Assembly: GCA_003157775.1 (NCBI GenBank)
Contig: PMKP01000334.1
Coordinates: 1-61,242, forward strand
Source: Myxococcales bacterium
GTDB lineage: Bacteria; Myxococcota_A; Polyangia; Fen-1088
Direction: 5' to 3'
Length of the DNA stretch: 61,242 bases
Both the position numbers and the translations under genes were made by a program. Shown in pieces: positions 1-8,571 of this stretch. The notes below the pieces were generated by a model that did not search any database, was not told the DNA's origin, and was given only the letters and a program-made list of their open reading frames with translations. The stretch's first letter is position 1, and each line of letters starts with the position of its first letter.

Positions 1-159
1 AGTTGGAAGGCTGCAAGCAGCTCTAATTTCGGTACCTCATGCTGAAGGCGCTTACCTCATGCTGGCCCCATCACCCTGGCGGCAATTTTCGTGTGTTCAC
101 GGAGGGGATGATAAATCGCCCTTGCCCGGAAGCCATGAAGCAGCTACCCTCATGGATGC

Positions 160-447
160 GTGATTCACAGCTTCGCGGACGCCCGAACAGCGGATCTCTG
201 GGCTGGCAAGACCAGCGCCCGAGTGCGACAAGTCCCGCCCGATGTGCAGAGCCGCGCCTTCAAGAAACTCATAATCATCGATGCTGCGGAAGAGGTCGAA
301 GACCTGAGGCAACCTCCGTCGAATCGACTGGAGAAGTTGAAGGGTGATCGCGTGGAGCAGTACTCCATCCGCGTCAACGATCAATGGCGGATTTGCTTTC
401 GCTGGTCGGGCGGAGCGCATGAGGTCGAACTAACGGACTACCACTAG
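160..447 (+). CDS. higB: HigB-family (RelE/ParE superfamily) toxin of a type II toxin-antitoxin pair
   Basis: 95-aa ORF with GTG start: MIHSFADARTADLW...NDQWRICFRWSGGAHEVELTDYH. Size, the C-terminal RICF...DYH signature and an XRE-HTH partner 40 nt downstream fit the toxin-first HigBA layout. Confidence 0.8.
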   Translation: MIHSFADARTADLWAGKTSARVRQVPPDVQSRAFKKLIIIDAAEEVEDLRQPPSNRLEKLKGDRVEQYSIRVNDQWRICFRWSGGAHEVELTDYH

Positions 448-487
448 GTACGCGGCATCAAGGAATTCAGCAGCACTGGAGACAGAC

Positions 488-802
488 ATGGCATCCATAC
501 CGAACAAGGGGCTTCCCGGGAGAATCACACCTCATCCGGGCGAGTTTCTGCGAGATATGCTGGACGAGCTGGGGGTATCACAAACGACTTTCCACCGGCG
601 CACAGGCATGTCGATGCAGAGAATCAGCGAGATCATCAACGGAAAGCGCGGCGTCACTCCCGAGACCGCTTGGATTCTAGGCGGCGCATTCGGCCAGACG
701 CCGAAGTATTGGCTCAATCTTCAGGCAATGCACGATCTCACGAAGACGAGGCCCACGCGACCTGTCGCCCGCATGCCCGAGGCGATCAAGGCTGCGGGCT
801 AG
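488..802 (+). CDS. higA: HigA-family antitoxin, XRE-type helix-turn-helix
   Basis: 104-aa ORF. HPGEFLRDMLDELGVSQTTFHRRTGMSMQRISEIINGKRGVTPETAWILGGAFGQTPKYWLNLQ is the typical HigA/VapI HTH core. It lies directly after higB. Confidence 0.8.
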   Translation: MASIPNKGLPGRITPHPGEFLRDMLDELGVSQTTFHRRTGMSMQRISEIINGKRGVTPETAWILGGAFGQTPKYWLNLQAMHDLTKTRPTRPVARMPEAIKAAG

Positions 803-1128
803 GGCACACACAGCTGCGTTGCACACGCCCAGTGGAGACGATCTCGCAATAGTGCGGCGTTTGGATCACAGTGTAGTGCTCCAAGACCGACGTCGCTGCC
901 CAGCTGCGCGCGAGGTAAACCCTTGCGGTCCGAAAATTGATCGCCGAGGCTCATGCGGCCTCCCGATAGTAGTAGTTCAGCATCCCGCCGAGTGTCGCCA
1001 GCGGCCAGCGAGGGTCCCACTTTCACCATCAGCTCCACCGGCTTCGCACACTTGTGCGCGTCAGAGTTCCGCACCTTGGGAACCCGGAAGACGCAGCTTA
1101 CCTCTCCAAGCACGTCGTCGGTGGCCAT
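799..1128 (-). CDS. hypothetical protein or gene remnant of unknown family
   Basis: This is the protein-like C-terminal part of the 799..1449 ORF (MATDDVLGEVSCVFRVPKVRNSDAHKCAKPVELMVKVGP...). The N-terminal part of that ORF runs through the tRNA gene and cannot be real. I recognised no family. Confidence 0.2.
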   Translation of the reverse strand: MATDDVLGEVSCVFRVPKVRNSDAHKCAKPVELMVKVGPSLAAGDTRRDAELLLSGGRMSLGDQFSDRKGLPRAQLGSDVGLGALHCDPNAALLRDRLHWACATQLCVP

Positions 1129-1313
1129 GATTGTGGTCGGCCACCGCCCAGCATCGTTTGGCTTGAAGGGTTCACGCCCGTAGGCGTTGAGTGATTGGTG
1201 GTAGACCGCGCGGCGGCGTCCGGCGGCGCGCAACGGATCGATCCGCTGTACCTGGCTTCGATCGGCCTGGTCGTGATATGGGATGCGGGCCTCGTCGATG
1301 CCGACCTGGGCTT

Positions 1314-1388
1314 TGGAGCGGGCGAAGGGACTTGAACCCTCGACGTTCACCTTGGCAAGGTGACACTCTACCACTGAGTTACGCCCGC
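1314..1388 (-). tRNA. tRNA-Gly (anticodon GCC), CCA encoded
   Basis: The reverse complement folds as a cloverleaf: acceptor GCGGGCG/CGCCCGC, D stem ACTC/GAGT, anticodon stem TCACC/GGTGA with loop TTGCCAA (GCC), T stem GAGGG/CCCTT with loop TTCAAGT, then T-CCA. Length 75 nt. Confidence 0.93.
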
Positions 1389-1820
1389 AGAGGGGACTTG
1401 GTTTAAGCGGAAACCTCCTTTCCGTCAAGGGGTTGGCCGATTCTTTCATCTCAGAGTGTCCAAAAGGCCATGCAGCCCACTATGCAGCCCACGGCGCGTT
1501 GTGTCCTTCGAGTAGTCCTTTGTACCCCGCCATCGAAATGATCTTGGCCACCGCCGGTGGTTCGCCACCGTGCCACCGGTTTCCCGACGGTGGAGGGAGA
1601 TCGATGGCGAGCCTGGCCACGATAACCCGCTATCATGCACAATCGCGCGATGGTCGCCTTGCTTCGGCGAAGCCAGCGACACCACCAGCAAGAGCGTCCA
1701 GACAGCGACCCTCCGGTGATGGTTCTGGTCTCGGTCAGGCGGCCGGCCGCACATGCTGGGTGAGCCAGACCCGTTGAAGGGGGCGGTTGCCTGTCGCCCG
1801 AACCTCTGTATCATCCCGTC

Positions 1821-2291
1821 ATGGTTTCGATGCCGATCGCCTTCAGCCAGCGCTTTCCCTTCCAGGCCAAGGCGGTTTTTCGGTGGGCCACCGATTACCA
1901 GCCGAATGATTTGGAGCTCATGGGGCAAAGGGGGAAGCGCAAGATCGTCGCTTTGCCCGGTAACGCCTTCGTCCTGAGCGACACCCTTTTCAAGACGGAT
2001 GGGACCAAAGTCACCAAGAAGAAGCTGGTGAGGATCTTCCCCAAACGATTGACGTGGACCAACACACATCTTGCCGGACCGAACCAGTACTCGCAGGTTC
2101 TCTACCAACTCGTCGCGGAGGGTCGGAATCGCAGCCGACTCGATTTCACGGGCCAGCACGTCGAAGCCAGGACGCTTGCCGGACGTGAGCTGCAACATTT
2201 CGCGGCTCGCGTGAGAAGAGACGACATCGCGATCTGGAAGAACCTTGCACGCGCCATGGGCAAAGACCGTCGCACGAGGCCTGTGGAGTAG
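1821..2291 (+). CDS. SRPBCC-superfamily (polyketide cyclase/dehydrase-like) small protein
   Basis: 156 aa. Size and pattern (FRWATDYQPNDLELMG..., alternating beta-like segments, C-terminal helix) resemble SRPBCC ligand-binding proteins. The overlapping minus-strand ORF looks like a GC-rich shadow. Confidence 0.55.
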   Translation: MVSMPIAFSQRFPFQAKAVFRWATDYQPNDLELMGQRGKRKIVALPGNAFVLSDTLFKTDGTKVTKKKLVRIFPKRLTWTNTHLAGPNQYSQVLYQLVAEGRNRSRLDFTGQHVEARTLAGRELQHFAARVRRDDIAIWKNLARAMGKDRRTRPVE

Positions 2292-2304
2292 GGGACTTGG
2301 TTAG

Positions 2305-2530
2305 GCGGACCACCCGACCGCGTCCAAGTTGCCGCTTTGGAACAACGGCCAGGGTGCGTATGTCAATCGCTATGGGCCCAATGGGGAACATTGGCCCACA
2401 ACCGTCACGGCCTATTTCTGCGGGAACGTCGGCAACGGTGAAGTCAAGGACCCGAACGGCAACCCTGAGCCCTGCACCTTTGTGTACGGCCAAACCGACT
2501 GTCCTGCTGATTGGGCCAGGCCGGAAGATC
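2305..2530 (+). pseudogene. start-less fragment of an unknown Cys-containing secreted-type protein
   Basis: The open frame begins right after a stop at 2302-2304 and has only a TTG at 2329. The sequence is protein-like (LWNNGQGAYVNRYGPNGEHWPTTVTAYFCGNVGNGEVKDPNGNPEPCTFVYGQTDCPADW). It runs into the 3' end of the convergent Rieske-FAD gene. Confidence 0.25.
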
Positions 2531-2533
2531 TCG

Positions 2534-4057
2534 TCAGGGGCCAGCCGCCAACTGGCGTTCCAAGGCCAGTTCGGCGTCAAGGCTTTCTCGATCGCGGTTG
2601 ATGGTGGCCACCGCCAGGCATTTCCCAGCCGAAAGGTACTCGATGCGTGCGTCCAAACGATCGACAATCCCGTCGACGCGCACCTCATCCCAGCGCGAGG
2701 CGTGGCCCACGTACCTCAGCGCCACGTCGTAGTGTTGGCTCCAGAAGAATGGAACAATCGCGAGGCGCTTCTTCCGGCCGAGCATGTTCTGGGCTGCCAG
2801 CGCTCCCTGCCGCTGCGCCACCACCCAGTGCTCGATCCGCATGCGCTCACCTGACACGGCATCGGGGAAGCGCGCGACATCGCCGGCCGCAAAGATCCCA
2901 GGCACGCTGGTTTCGAGCTGGTGGTTGACCAGAATTCCTTGGTCCACCGCAATGCCTGCCTTGTCCGCCAGGTCAGTGGCGGGCCGCACGCCTATCCCCA
3001 GCACGACCAGATCCGCCGGGAGATCCTCGCCGTTGCTCAACGTAACGGTTCGATGACCGATGGCCATGGGCCGGCTGCCAAGACGGAACGTGACACCATG
3101 TTGTTCATGCTGGCGTCGCAGGAAATCGGCCACGGCCGGACCAAAGAGGCGCTCCATGGGACGAGCCTCGGGCGTCACCACAGTGACCTCGATTTCTCGC
3201 GCGCGAAGCGCGGCTGCCACCTCCAAACCGATGAAACTGGCACCCACCACTACGGCATTACGTGCGACGCGTGCGGCTTGCTGAATCCGCTTGCTGTCAG
3301 CCCATGTTCGCAGGGAAAACACCGAGGGACGATCCGCGCCAGGCACGTCCAGGTTGATAGGCTGCGCTCCGGTTGCCAGAAGGAGTGCGGCAAAAGGCAG
3401 CGAGCGGCCGTCGCTCAGTTCGACCAGGCGCGAAGGTACGTGGAGCTTCGCCACTGGAGTGTCGACGAGGAGGGTGATTTCCAACTGCTTGTAGTAATCG
3501 GCCGGTCGAAGTGGGATCCACTCATCGGGCGCTGTGCCGGCCAGATAGTCTTTGGAAAGGTTGGGGCGATCGTAGGGCTCCGATTGATCAGCGCTGACTA
3601 GGGTTATTGGCCCGGCATAGCCCTCCTGGCGCAGCGTCTCCGCGGCAGCATGGCCGGCGGCTCCACCGCCCACGACTACCACCGAGGCTGGGCCGTCGGC
3701 ACGCGCCGGTCGCGGCGCCGGCCGCTGCGCGCGCAGGTAGAGTCTTCCCTCCACCTGCTCGACGTTCCAGCAAGCCAGCGGGCTCAAGGCAGGCGAGCGG
3801 GTAACCTCACCAGTGGCGAGCGCGAAACGAGCGTGGTGCAAGGGACAACAGATCTGCCCCTTGGCGACGACTCCCTGAGCGAGCGCACCGCCATAGTGCG
3901 TGCACGAGGCGCCCACCGCGTATACCCGTGCATTTTCACGCACCAGTAGGACGGAATCGCCAGCCACCTTTCCGAAAAGCGGTTTCCCTTCAACCAGGTC
4001 AGCACTCGGAATCCCGAGCGACAGGTCGGGCGCAGTCTTGTCATCGGGCTCAGGCAT
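2534..4057 (-). CDS. Rieske [2Fe-2S] domain fused to an FAD/NAD(P)H pyridine-nucleotide-disulfide oxidoreductase (ferredoxin-reductase-like)
   Basis: Rieske ligands are CTHYGG...CCPLHHARF. They are followed by the dinucleotide fold VVVVGGGAAGHAAAETLRQEGY, a second fold VVVGASFIGLEVAAAL, and GIFAAGDVA. I prefer the start at ATG 4057 (MPEPDDK); the longest ORF starts at 4093. Confidence 0.8.
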   Translation of the reverse strand: MPEPDDKTAPDLSLGIPSADLVEGKPLFGKVAGDSVLLVRENARVYAVGASCTHYGGALAQGVVAKGQICCPLHHARFALATGEVTRSPALSPLACWNVEQVEGRLYLRAQRPAPRPARADGPASVVVVGGGAAGHAAAETLRQEGYAGPITLVSADQSEPYDRPNLSKDYLAGTAPDEWIPLRPADYYKQLEITLLVDTPVAKLHVPSRLVELSDGRSLPFAALLLATGAQPINLDVPGADRPSVFSLRTWADSKRIQQAARVARNAVVVGASFIGLEVAAALRAREIEVTVVTPEARPMERLFGPAVADFLRRQHEQHGVTFRLGSRPMAIGHRTVTLSNGEDLPADLVVLGIGVRPATDLADKAGIAVDQGILVNHQLETSVPGIFAAGDVARFPDAVSGERMRIEHWVVAQRQGALAAQNMLGRKKRLAIVPFFWSQHYDVALRYVGHASRWDEVRVDGIVDRLDARIEYLSAGKCLAVATINRDRESLDAELALERQLAAGP

Positions 4058-4154
4058 CAGCACACCCCCGCGTTTGGGGCATGCATACCACAAACCAACC
4101 CGAGGTGCCTGACGCCGGAGCGGAGGCCCGAAAGGCCGACGGAGCTGTCACCAG

Positions 4155-4640
4155 TCAGTTCTTGCCCTGAAAAGTGATGGGACTGAGCTCAACCGCCGAA
4201 CCTGCCATTTCGACACTGTCAGCCAACTCCAGCGCGAAGCTGTGGCGGCAATCGGGGACTCCCTCGGGCATGAACGCAAGACGAACCTGCTTGGTCTCCC
4301 CAGGAAGTACCGGGATGACCTTTGCTTGCCGGGGCGCTGCCGGATGCGCCGCCGGTATGTCGGTTTCCGCCAGTCGGATTTGCCCTTCTGCTACCTCGGC
4401 AACCTGGTCCGAGGAGTTGTTGACCTGCAGCTTCAGTTCGACGCCGGCTTGGTCTTCGTCGGTTGTGTCAGTGAGAGGATCGGCGCCTCGGTTCACGTAA
4501 CAGCGAACGCCTGCAACGCGAACCTCCACGCCTTGATTGGAGAGAGATGGGCCTGAGTTCATGTACGGCGCATGGTACCCACAACCCGCGGCAACAAGGA
4601 CAGCCGCAGCCCCCAACATCAGTGTGCTTCTCATGGTCAC
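4155..4640 (-). CDS. lipoprotein, unknown function
   Basis: Signal peptide with lipobox: MTMRSTLMLGAAAVLVAAGC. 161 aa. It sits between the hydroxylase and the Rieske-FAD gene on the same strand. Confidence 0.6.
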   Translation of the reverse strand: MTMRSTLMLGAAAVLVAAGCGYHAPYMNSGPSLSNQGVEVRVAGVRCYVNRGADPLTDTTDEDQAGVELKLQVNNSSDQVAEVAEGQIRLAETDIPAAHPAAPRQAKVIPVLPGETKQVRLAFMPEGVPDCRHSFALELADSVEMAGSAVELSPITFQGKN

Positions 4641-4827
4641 TTACCTCCCCGCCGGGGAGGCAAGGCCGCGACGGGAAAACCCCACGGCTGGCACCCCAGC
4701 GAATGCTCCCTAATACCCGGGAGCTGGTTCCGATGTTCCCACTACTAAGATGCGTGCGGGTCGCAATGGGAGCAAGTGGCGCCACGATGAATAGAAATTG
4801 GAAAAATCGCGCAGTTGCTGCGTCTAT

Positions 4828-6000
4828 TCATGCGAGAGCGTAGTCCTTGGTGTGTGGCGGGGTGAAACTTGAGCCAGCGAAGAGGACACGCAAGCGCGTG
4901 ACAATGCCGCGGTTGTGGCGCAGCTCGTAGCCAAGCTGGAGCAAGCCGGCGAGCGCGAGGCGGAGCGGATTCAGGTGCAGGCGTGGCGAACCCTGCAGTC
5001 CGATCGGGGGACGCGCCTCGGTGGGTGAGACATAAGTGCCGAACACGCGATCCCACAGCATGAACAGCGGGCCGCCCAGATTGACCAGCGAGTGGGCTGG
5101 CAGCGCCGAGTGGTGCATGTAGTGATAGGGCCCGTCACCGAAAAAGGCGCCGAGCGCGCGCAAAGGCCGGCTCCGCCAAAACGTTGCGTAGAGGGCTGTG
5201 TTGTGCGAGCCGATGAGGGGGATTTGGCCCAGCATGCGCAAGAGCAATGCTTCCGCTATCATCGCGTCCGAGTGAAAGAGCTTGGCGCATACGCCGACCC
5301 CAAGTTGAAAGGGCACGCTAAGGAGGAAGAACAGCGGGAAGGGGGCAAACACCGGTTGTGTAGTGGGGACGGTCAGATAGGGAGCCATATGGTGCGGGCG
5401 ATGCCAGAGCAGCCAAAACGGTCGCCAGGTGTGGCCCAAGCGGTGGAACCAATACTGGAAGAGATCGCCGAGCGCGACACTGACGAGGAGCGCAAGCGGG
5501 CTGGGCAAGTTCACCAGAGTCGGTACACGAGCCACCAGGGCGCTGCACCATTCGGTGTAGTGGCGAACGAGAGCGAAGCCAAAGAAGAACCCGCGCCCGG
5601 TCGCGGCGCTTGTGGCGCCGGCGAGTGTTAGGCCCACATAGAGCATGAGAGTCAAGCAGACGGTCAGGAGGAAGAAGGAGATGATTTGTTTTCGGGGTAG
5701 CGCTGGGGCGGGCGAGAAACCCCGATAGAGCATGACCCCGTTCCATGCGAGCACGAACCCTGAAAGGGGAAACATGACGGCGAGCCAGCCTGGCGACACG
5801 CCGGCAAGTTGACTTTCAAACCGTGTCAGGGCGAAGCCGGCTTCATCGACCAGCCCAGGGCCGAGCATTACGGTTTCATGCGCGAAGGCATCGACGACCA
5901 CCGTGACCGCAAAAGCGACGGCGAATACCGCGTAGCCGGCACGGAGCCATGGCTCCCACCGAGGCTGCGGTTCCGGAGGTTCCCAGGTGAAGAACTGCAT
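4828..6000 (-). CDS. fatty acid hydroxylase / sterol desaturase superfamily membrane di-iron enzyme
   Basis: 390 aa with multiple TM segments. His boxes are HRLGH, HRPHH and HYMHH at the family's usual spacing. Confidence 0.8.
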   Translation of the reverse strand: MQFFTWEPPEPQPRWEPWLRAGYAVFAVAFAVTVVVDAFAHETVMLGPGLVDEAGFALTRFESQLAGVSPGWLAVMFPLSGFVLAWNGVMLYRGFSPAPALPRKQIISFFLLTVCLTLMLYVGLTLAGATSAATGRGFFFGFALVRHYTEWCSALVARVPTLVNLPSPLALLVSVALGDLFQYWFHRLGHTWRPFWLLWHRPHHMAPYLTVPTTQPVFAPFPLFFLLSVPFQLGVGVCAKLFHSDAMIAEALLLRMLGQIPLIGSHNTALYATFWRSRPLRALGAFFGDGPYHYMHHSALPAHSLVNLGGPLFMLWDRVFGTYVSPTEARPPIGLQGSPRLHLNPLRLALAGLLQLGYELRHNRGIVTRLRVLFAGSSFTPPHTKDYALA

Positions 6001-6222
6001 TCTGGCGCTCGAAGGCTAGATCAGCCGGAGGATCTGCGCCATAGCACAACGCCACCCGCCGGTGATCGACGGCCGGGATTCGCCTGCCGCACTCCTCCTT
6101 TGCCGACTGATGTGTCGAGTTGTTGTTCGCGGGAATTGGATGCTGGATGGGCGCCAAACATGGCCGGTCGGCAACGCGAAACCGGCTTTCTTCGAACATT
6201 GATGACTCCGCGCTGACGCGCG

Positions 6223-8469
6223 TCACCCTGGGCGCACGCTGGACGATCTCCTACGCAACGACGAAAGCAACTCCACCAGCGTGTCCAGGCATGGCGGTTT
6301 GGCCAAGTGCCGGTCAAAGCCGGCCTCGGCCGCCCGCTGCAGATCCTCCGGCAAAGCGTACCCGCTTAGGGCTACTAGGAATATGTCTTTGAGCGCCCCA
6401 TCAGCCCGGAAGGCACGCGCGACCTCGTAACCGTCCATGCCGGGCAGCCCAATGTCGCAGAGTACGACCTCAGGACGGAACGCGCGCGCCTCGGTCAGAC
6501 CGCTGGGTCCGTTGTCGGCGACCTGGACCTGGTGGCCACAGAGTTCGAGCGCCTCACGCAGACTCTGGGCTGCGTCGGCCTGGTCCTCGATGACAAGCAC
6601 CCGGCGGGCTCGGGGTGAAAGATCGATGGGGGTCGGAGTTCGGACGTCGAGCGCGCTATCGAGTGGCAATCGTACGATGAATTCCGCGCCTTTGCCGATG
6701 CCCTGGCTGTGCGCGCTGATCTCTCCGCCGTGCAACTCGACCAGCCCCTTGGCCAACACCAGTCCCAGGCCGAGGCCGCCTTGACTGCGATCCATGGTGT
6801 GATCGGCCTGGGTGAAGGGCTGGAACAGGCGCGGCAGCAACTCAGGCGAAATGCCGACGCCGGTGTCAGTAACCCGGATGATGGCTCGCCTCGCCGCCTC
6901 ATCGACGGCGACGGATACCTGGGCGCGCCCGCCTTTGCCGGTGAACTTGGCCGCGTTCTGCAATAGGTTTCCCACCACCTGCGCCAGGCGTGTCCGGTCG
7001 GCGTTGACCGCAATACGCTCGGCCGGCAGGGCGGCCTCGAGGTGAACCTCGCCTTTCTCGAAAAGCGAACGGTGATCCTCGACGGTTCGCCGCACGAGAT
7101 CAGTCAGGTCCAGGGGCTCGCATTGCAGCCGGATCTTGTTCCTTGTGATGCGGGTCGCGTCTAGGAGATCGTCTACCAGATGGGTCAGGTGCCCGACCTG
7201 GCGATCGATGATGGCCTGGGCCCGGCGCGCCTGCTCGCCACCCGGGACCGCCCGATCCAGAATGAAAAGGCTGTTGCGTATCGGCGCGAGTGGGTTGCGC
7301 AGCTCATGAGAGAGCACGGCGAGAAACTCGTCCTTGAGTCGGTCAGAGTCGCGAAGCGCCTCCTGAGTTCGAATAAGATCAGTGATGTCGGTCCCGACCG
7401 TGACCGCTCCGATAGCCTGACCGCCCAACTGCAAGGGAGCGGACGAAAATGATACGACCATCTCCTGCCCGTCCGGCCGGGTGAGAACGAATCGCTCGCC
7501 CAGAACTCGCTCGCCCTTGAGCGCGCGGACTGTCGGCAGCTCCTCGCGCACCAGTGGACGCCCATCGAGCCGGCGGGAGGACAGACGTTTGGCCAGAGTC
7601 TCGATGTCAACCCCAAGCGGGTCGATGTCATAGAGCGCCCGCGCCGCAGAGTTGGCGCGCACCATCGATCCTGCGGCGTCGTACACCATGATCCCATGGG
7701 TCATCGCCGCAAACGCGGCCTCCAGCTCAGCCGCGTTGTGCCTGGCCGCCTGCTCGGCCCGCTCTCTTGCGGCAATGTGCTTGTCCAGCCCTCTGCCCCA
7801 CAACGTGAGACCCACGACACCCAGCAGCCAAACCAGTCCGTGGGCAATCGAGGTGCGCGCGACCTGCGGCCTCTCAAGGGACAGGATTGGCTCCATCGGC
7901 ACGGAGACGCTGATCCCGCCCCGAATGTCGCCTTCCTGGTAGCCCTGTTGAGCGTGGCATCTGAGACAGGGCTTCTCTATCAGGAAGGGTCGCATCAGGC
8001 GCAGGTCCTGCAGCCCATTCCTGCTTTCGAACGCGCTCACCTCCTTGACTCCATTTTCGAAGGAGGCAAGCGCAGCCGCCTCGAAGGCGTCGGGTGCGTT
8101 CTCGGGGCGCAATGGTTTGAGGCTGGTGAGGTGACCTCGGCTGCCGCGGCCCTGCTGCGCCAGTTGGTTCACCTGGCGGGCCATGTAGGCGGGATTGAGC
8201 AGGGTCAGAGACAGGCCGGAGGTCGTGGTGACATCCCGATTGGGGACGTTAAGATGGGGATTGGGGGCCGTGTGCTCCGACACCGGTACGTACACGCCGC
8301 CCTGCTGCGCGGCCCATCTGCGGTAGAGGACGTCGTTGTCGAAAGTGACCTGGGCGCTGATACGCGCGATCTCGATACTCTTTTCCCTCTGCTCGTGCAG
8401 GTTCCAAATAAGCGAAGCGGCGAGGCACCCTGTCCAGAGTGCCGCCATTAAGCGGGCCTGATGCCTCAT
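6223..8469 (-). CDS. hybrid sensor histidine kinase: DUF3365-like periplasmic domain with CXXCH, PAS, HisKA, HATPase, receiver
   Basis: The N-terminal anchor is followed by a DUF3365-like region containing CLRCH. Then come a PAS domain, H-box EFLAVLSHELRNPL, the N/G boxes (GNLLQNAAKFT, DTGVGI, GGLGLGL), and a receiver domain (VLVIEDQADAA...VLCDIGLPGMDG). I prefer the start at ATG 8469 (MRHQARLMAAL); the longest ORF starts at 8598. Confidence 0.8.
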   Translation of the reverse strand: MRHQARLMAALWTGCLAASLIWNLHEQREKSIEIARISAQVTFDNDVLYRRWAAQQGGVYVPVSEHTAPNPHLNVPNRDVTTTSGLSLTLLNPAYMARQVNQLAQQGRGSRGHLTSLKPLRPENAPDAFEAAALASFENGVKEVSAFESRNGLQDLRLMRPFLIEKPCLRCHAQQGYQEGDIRGGISVSVPMEPILSLERPQVARTSIAHGLVWLLGVVGLTLWGRGLDKHIAARERAEQAARHNAAELEAAFAAMTHGIMVYDAAGSMVRANSAARALYDIDPLGVDIETLAKRLSSRRLDGRPLVREELPTVRALKGERVLGERFVLTRPDGQEMVVSFSSAPLQLGGQAIGAVTVGTDITDLIRTQEALRDSDRLKDEFLAVLSHELRNPLAPIRNSLFILDRAVPGGEQARRAQAIIDRQVGHLTHLVDDLLDATRITRNKIRLQCEPLDLTDLVRRTVEDHRSLFEKGEVHLEAALPAERIAVNADRTRLAQVVGNLLQNAAKFTGKGGRAQVSVAVDEAARRAIIRVTDTGVGISPELLPRLFQPFTQADHTMDRSQGGLGLGLVLAKGLVELHGGEISAHSQGIGKGAEFIVRLPLDSALDVRTPTPIDLSPRARRVLVIEDQADAAQSLREALELCGHQVQVADNGPSGLTEARAFRPEVVLCDIGLPGMDGYEVARAFRADGALKDIFLVALSGYALPEDLQRAAEAGFDRHLAKPPCLDTLVELLSSLRRRSSSVRPG

Positions 8470-8571
8470 TCGGCGGTTGGATGCTGCGGCGTGGGCAGAT
8501 GTGCCAGCGGCCTTAGACTGTAACCGGGCTTGCTTAGCCAACCTGCGGCAGAAACAGGCTGATAAGCCAAG

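Noticed and set aside
799-1449. 216-aa ORF spanning the tRNA-Gly gene.
   Set aside because: Its N-terminal third is the reverse translation of the tRNA. Only the distal part (799..1128) is kept, as a low-confidence feature.
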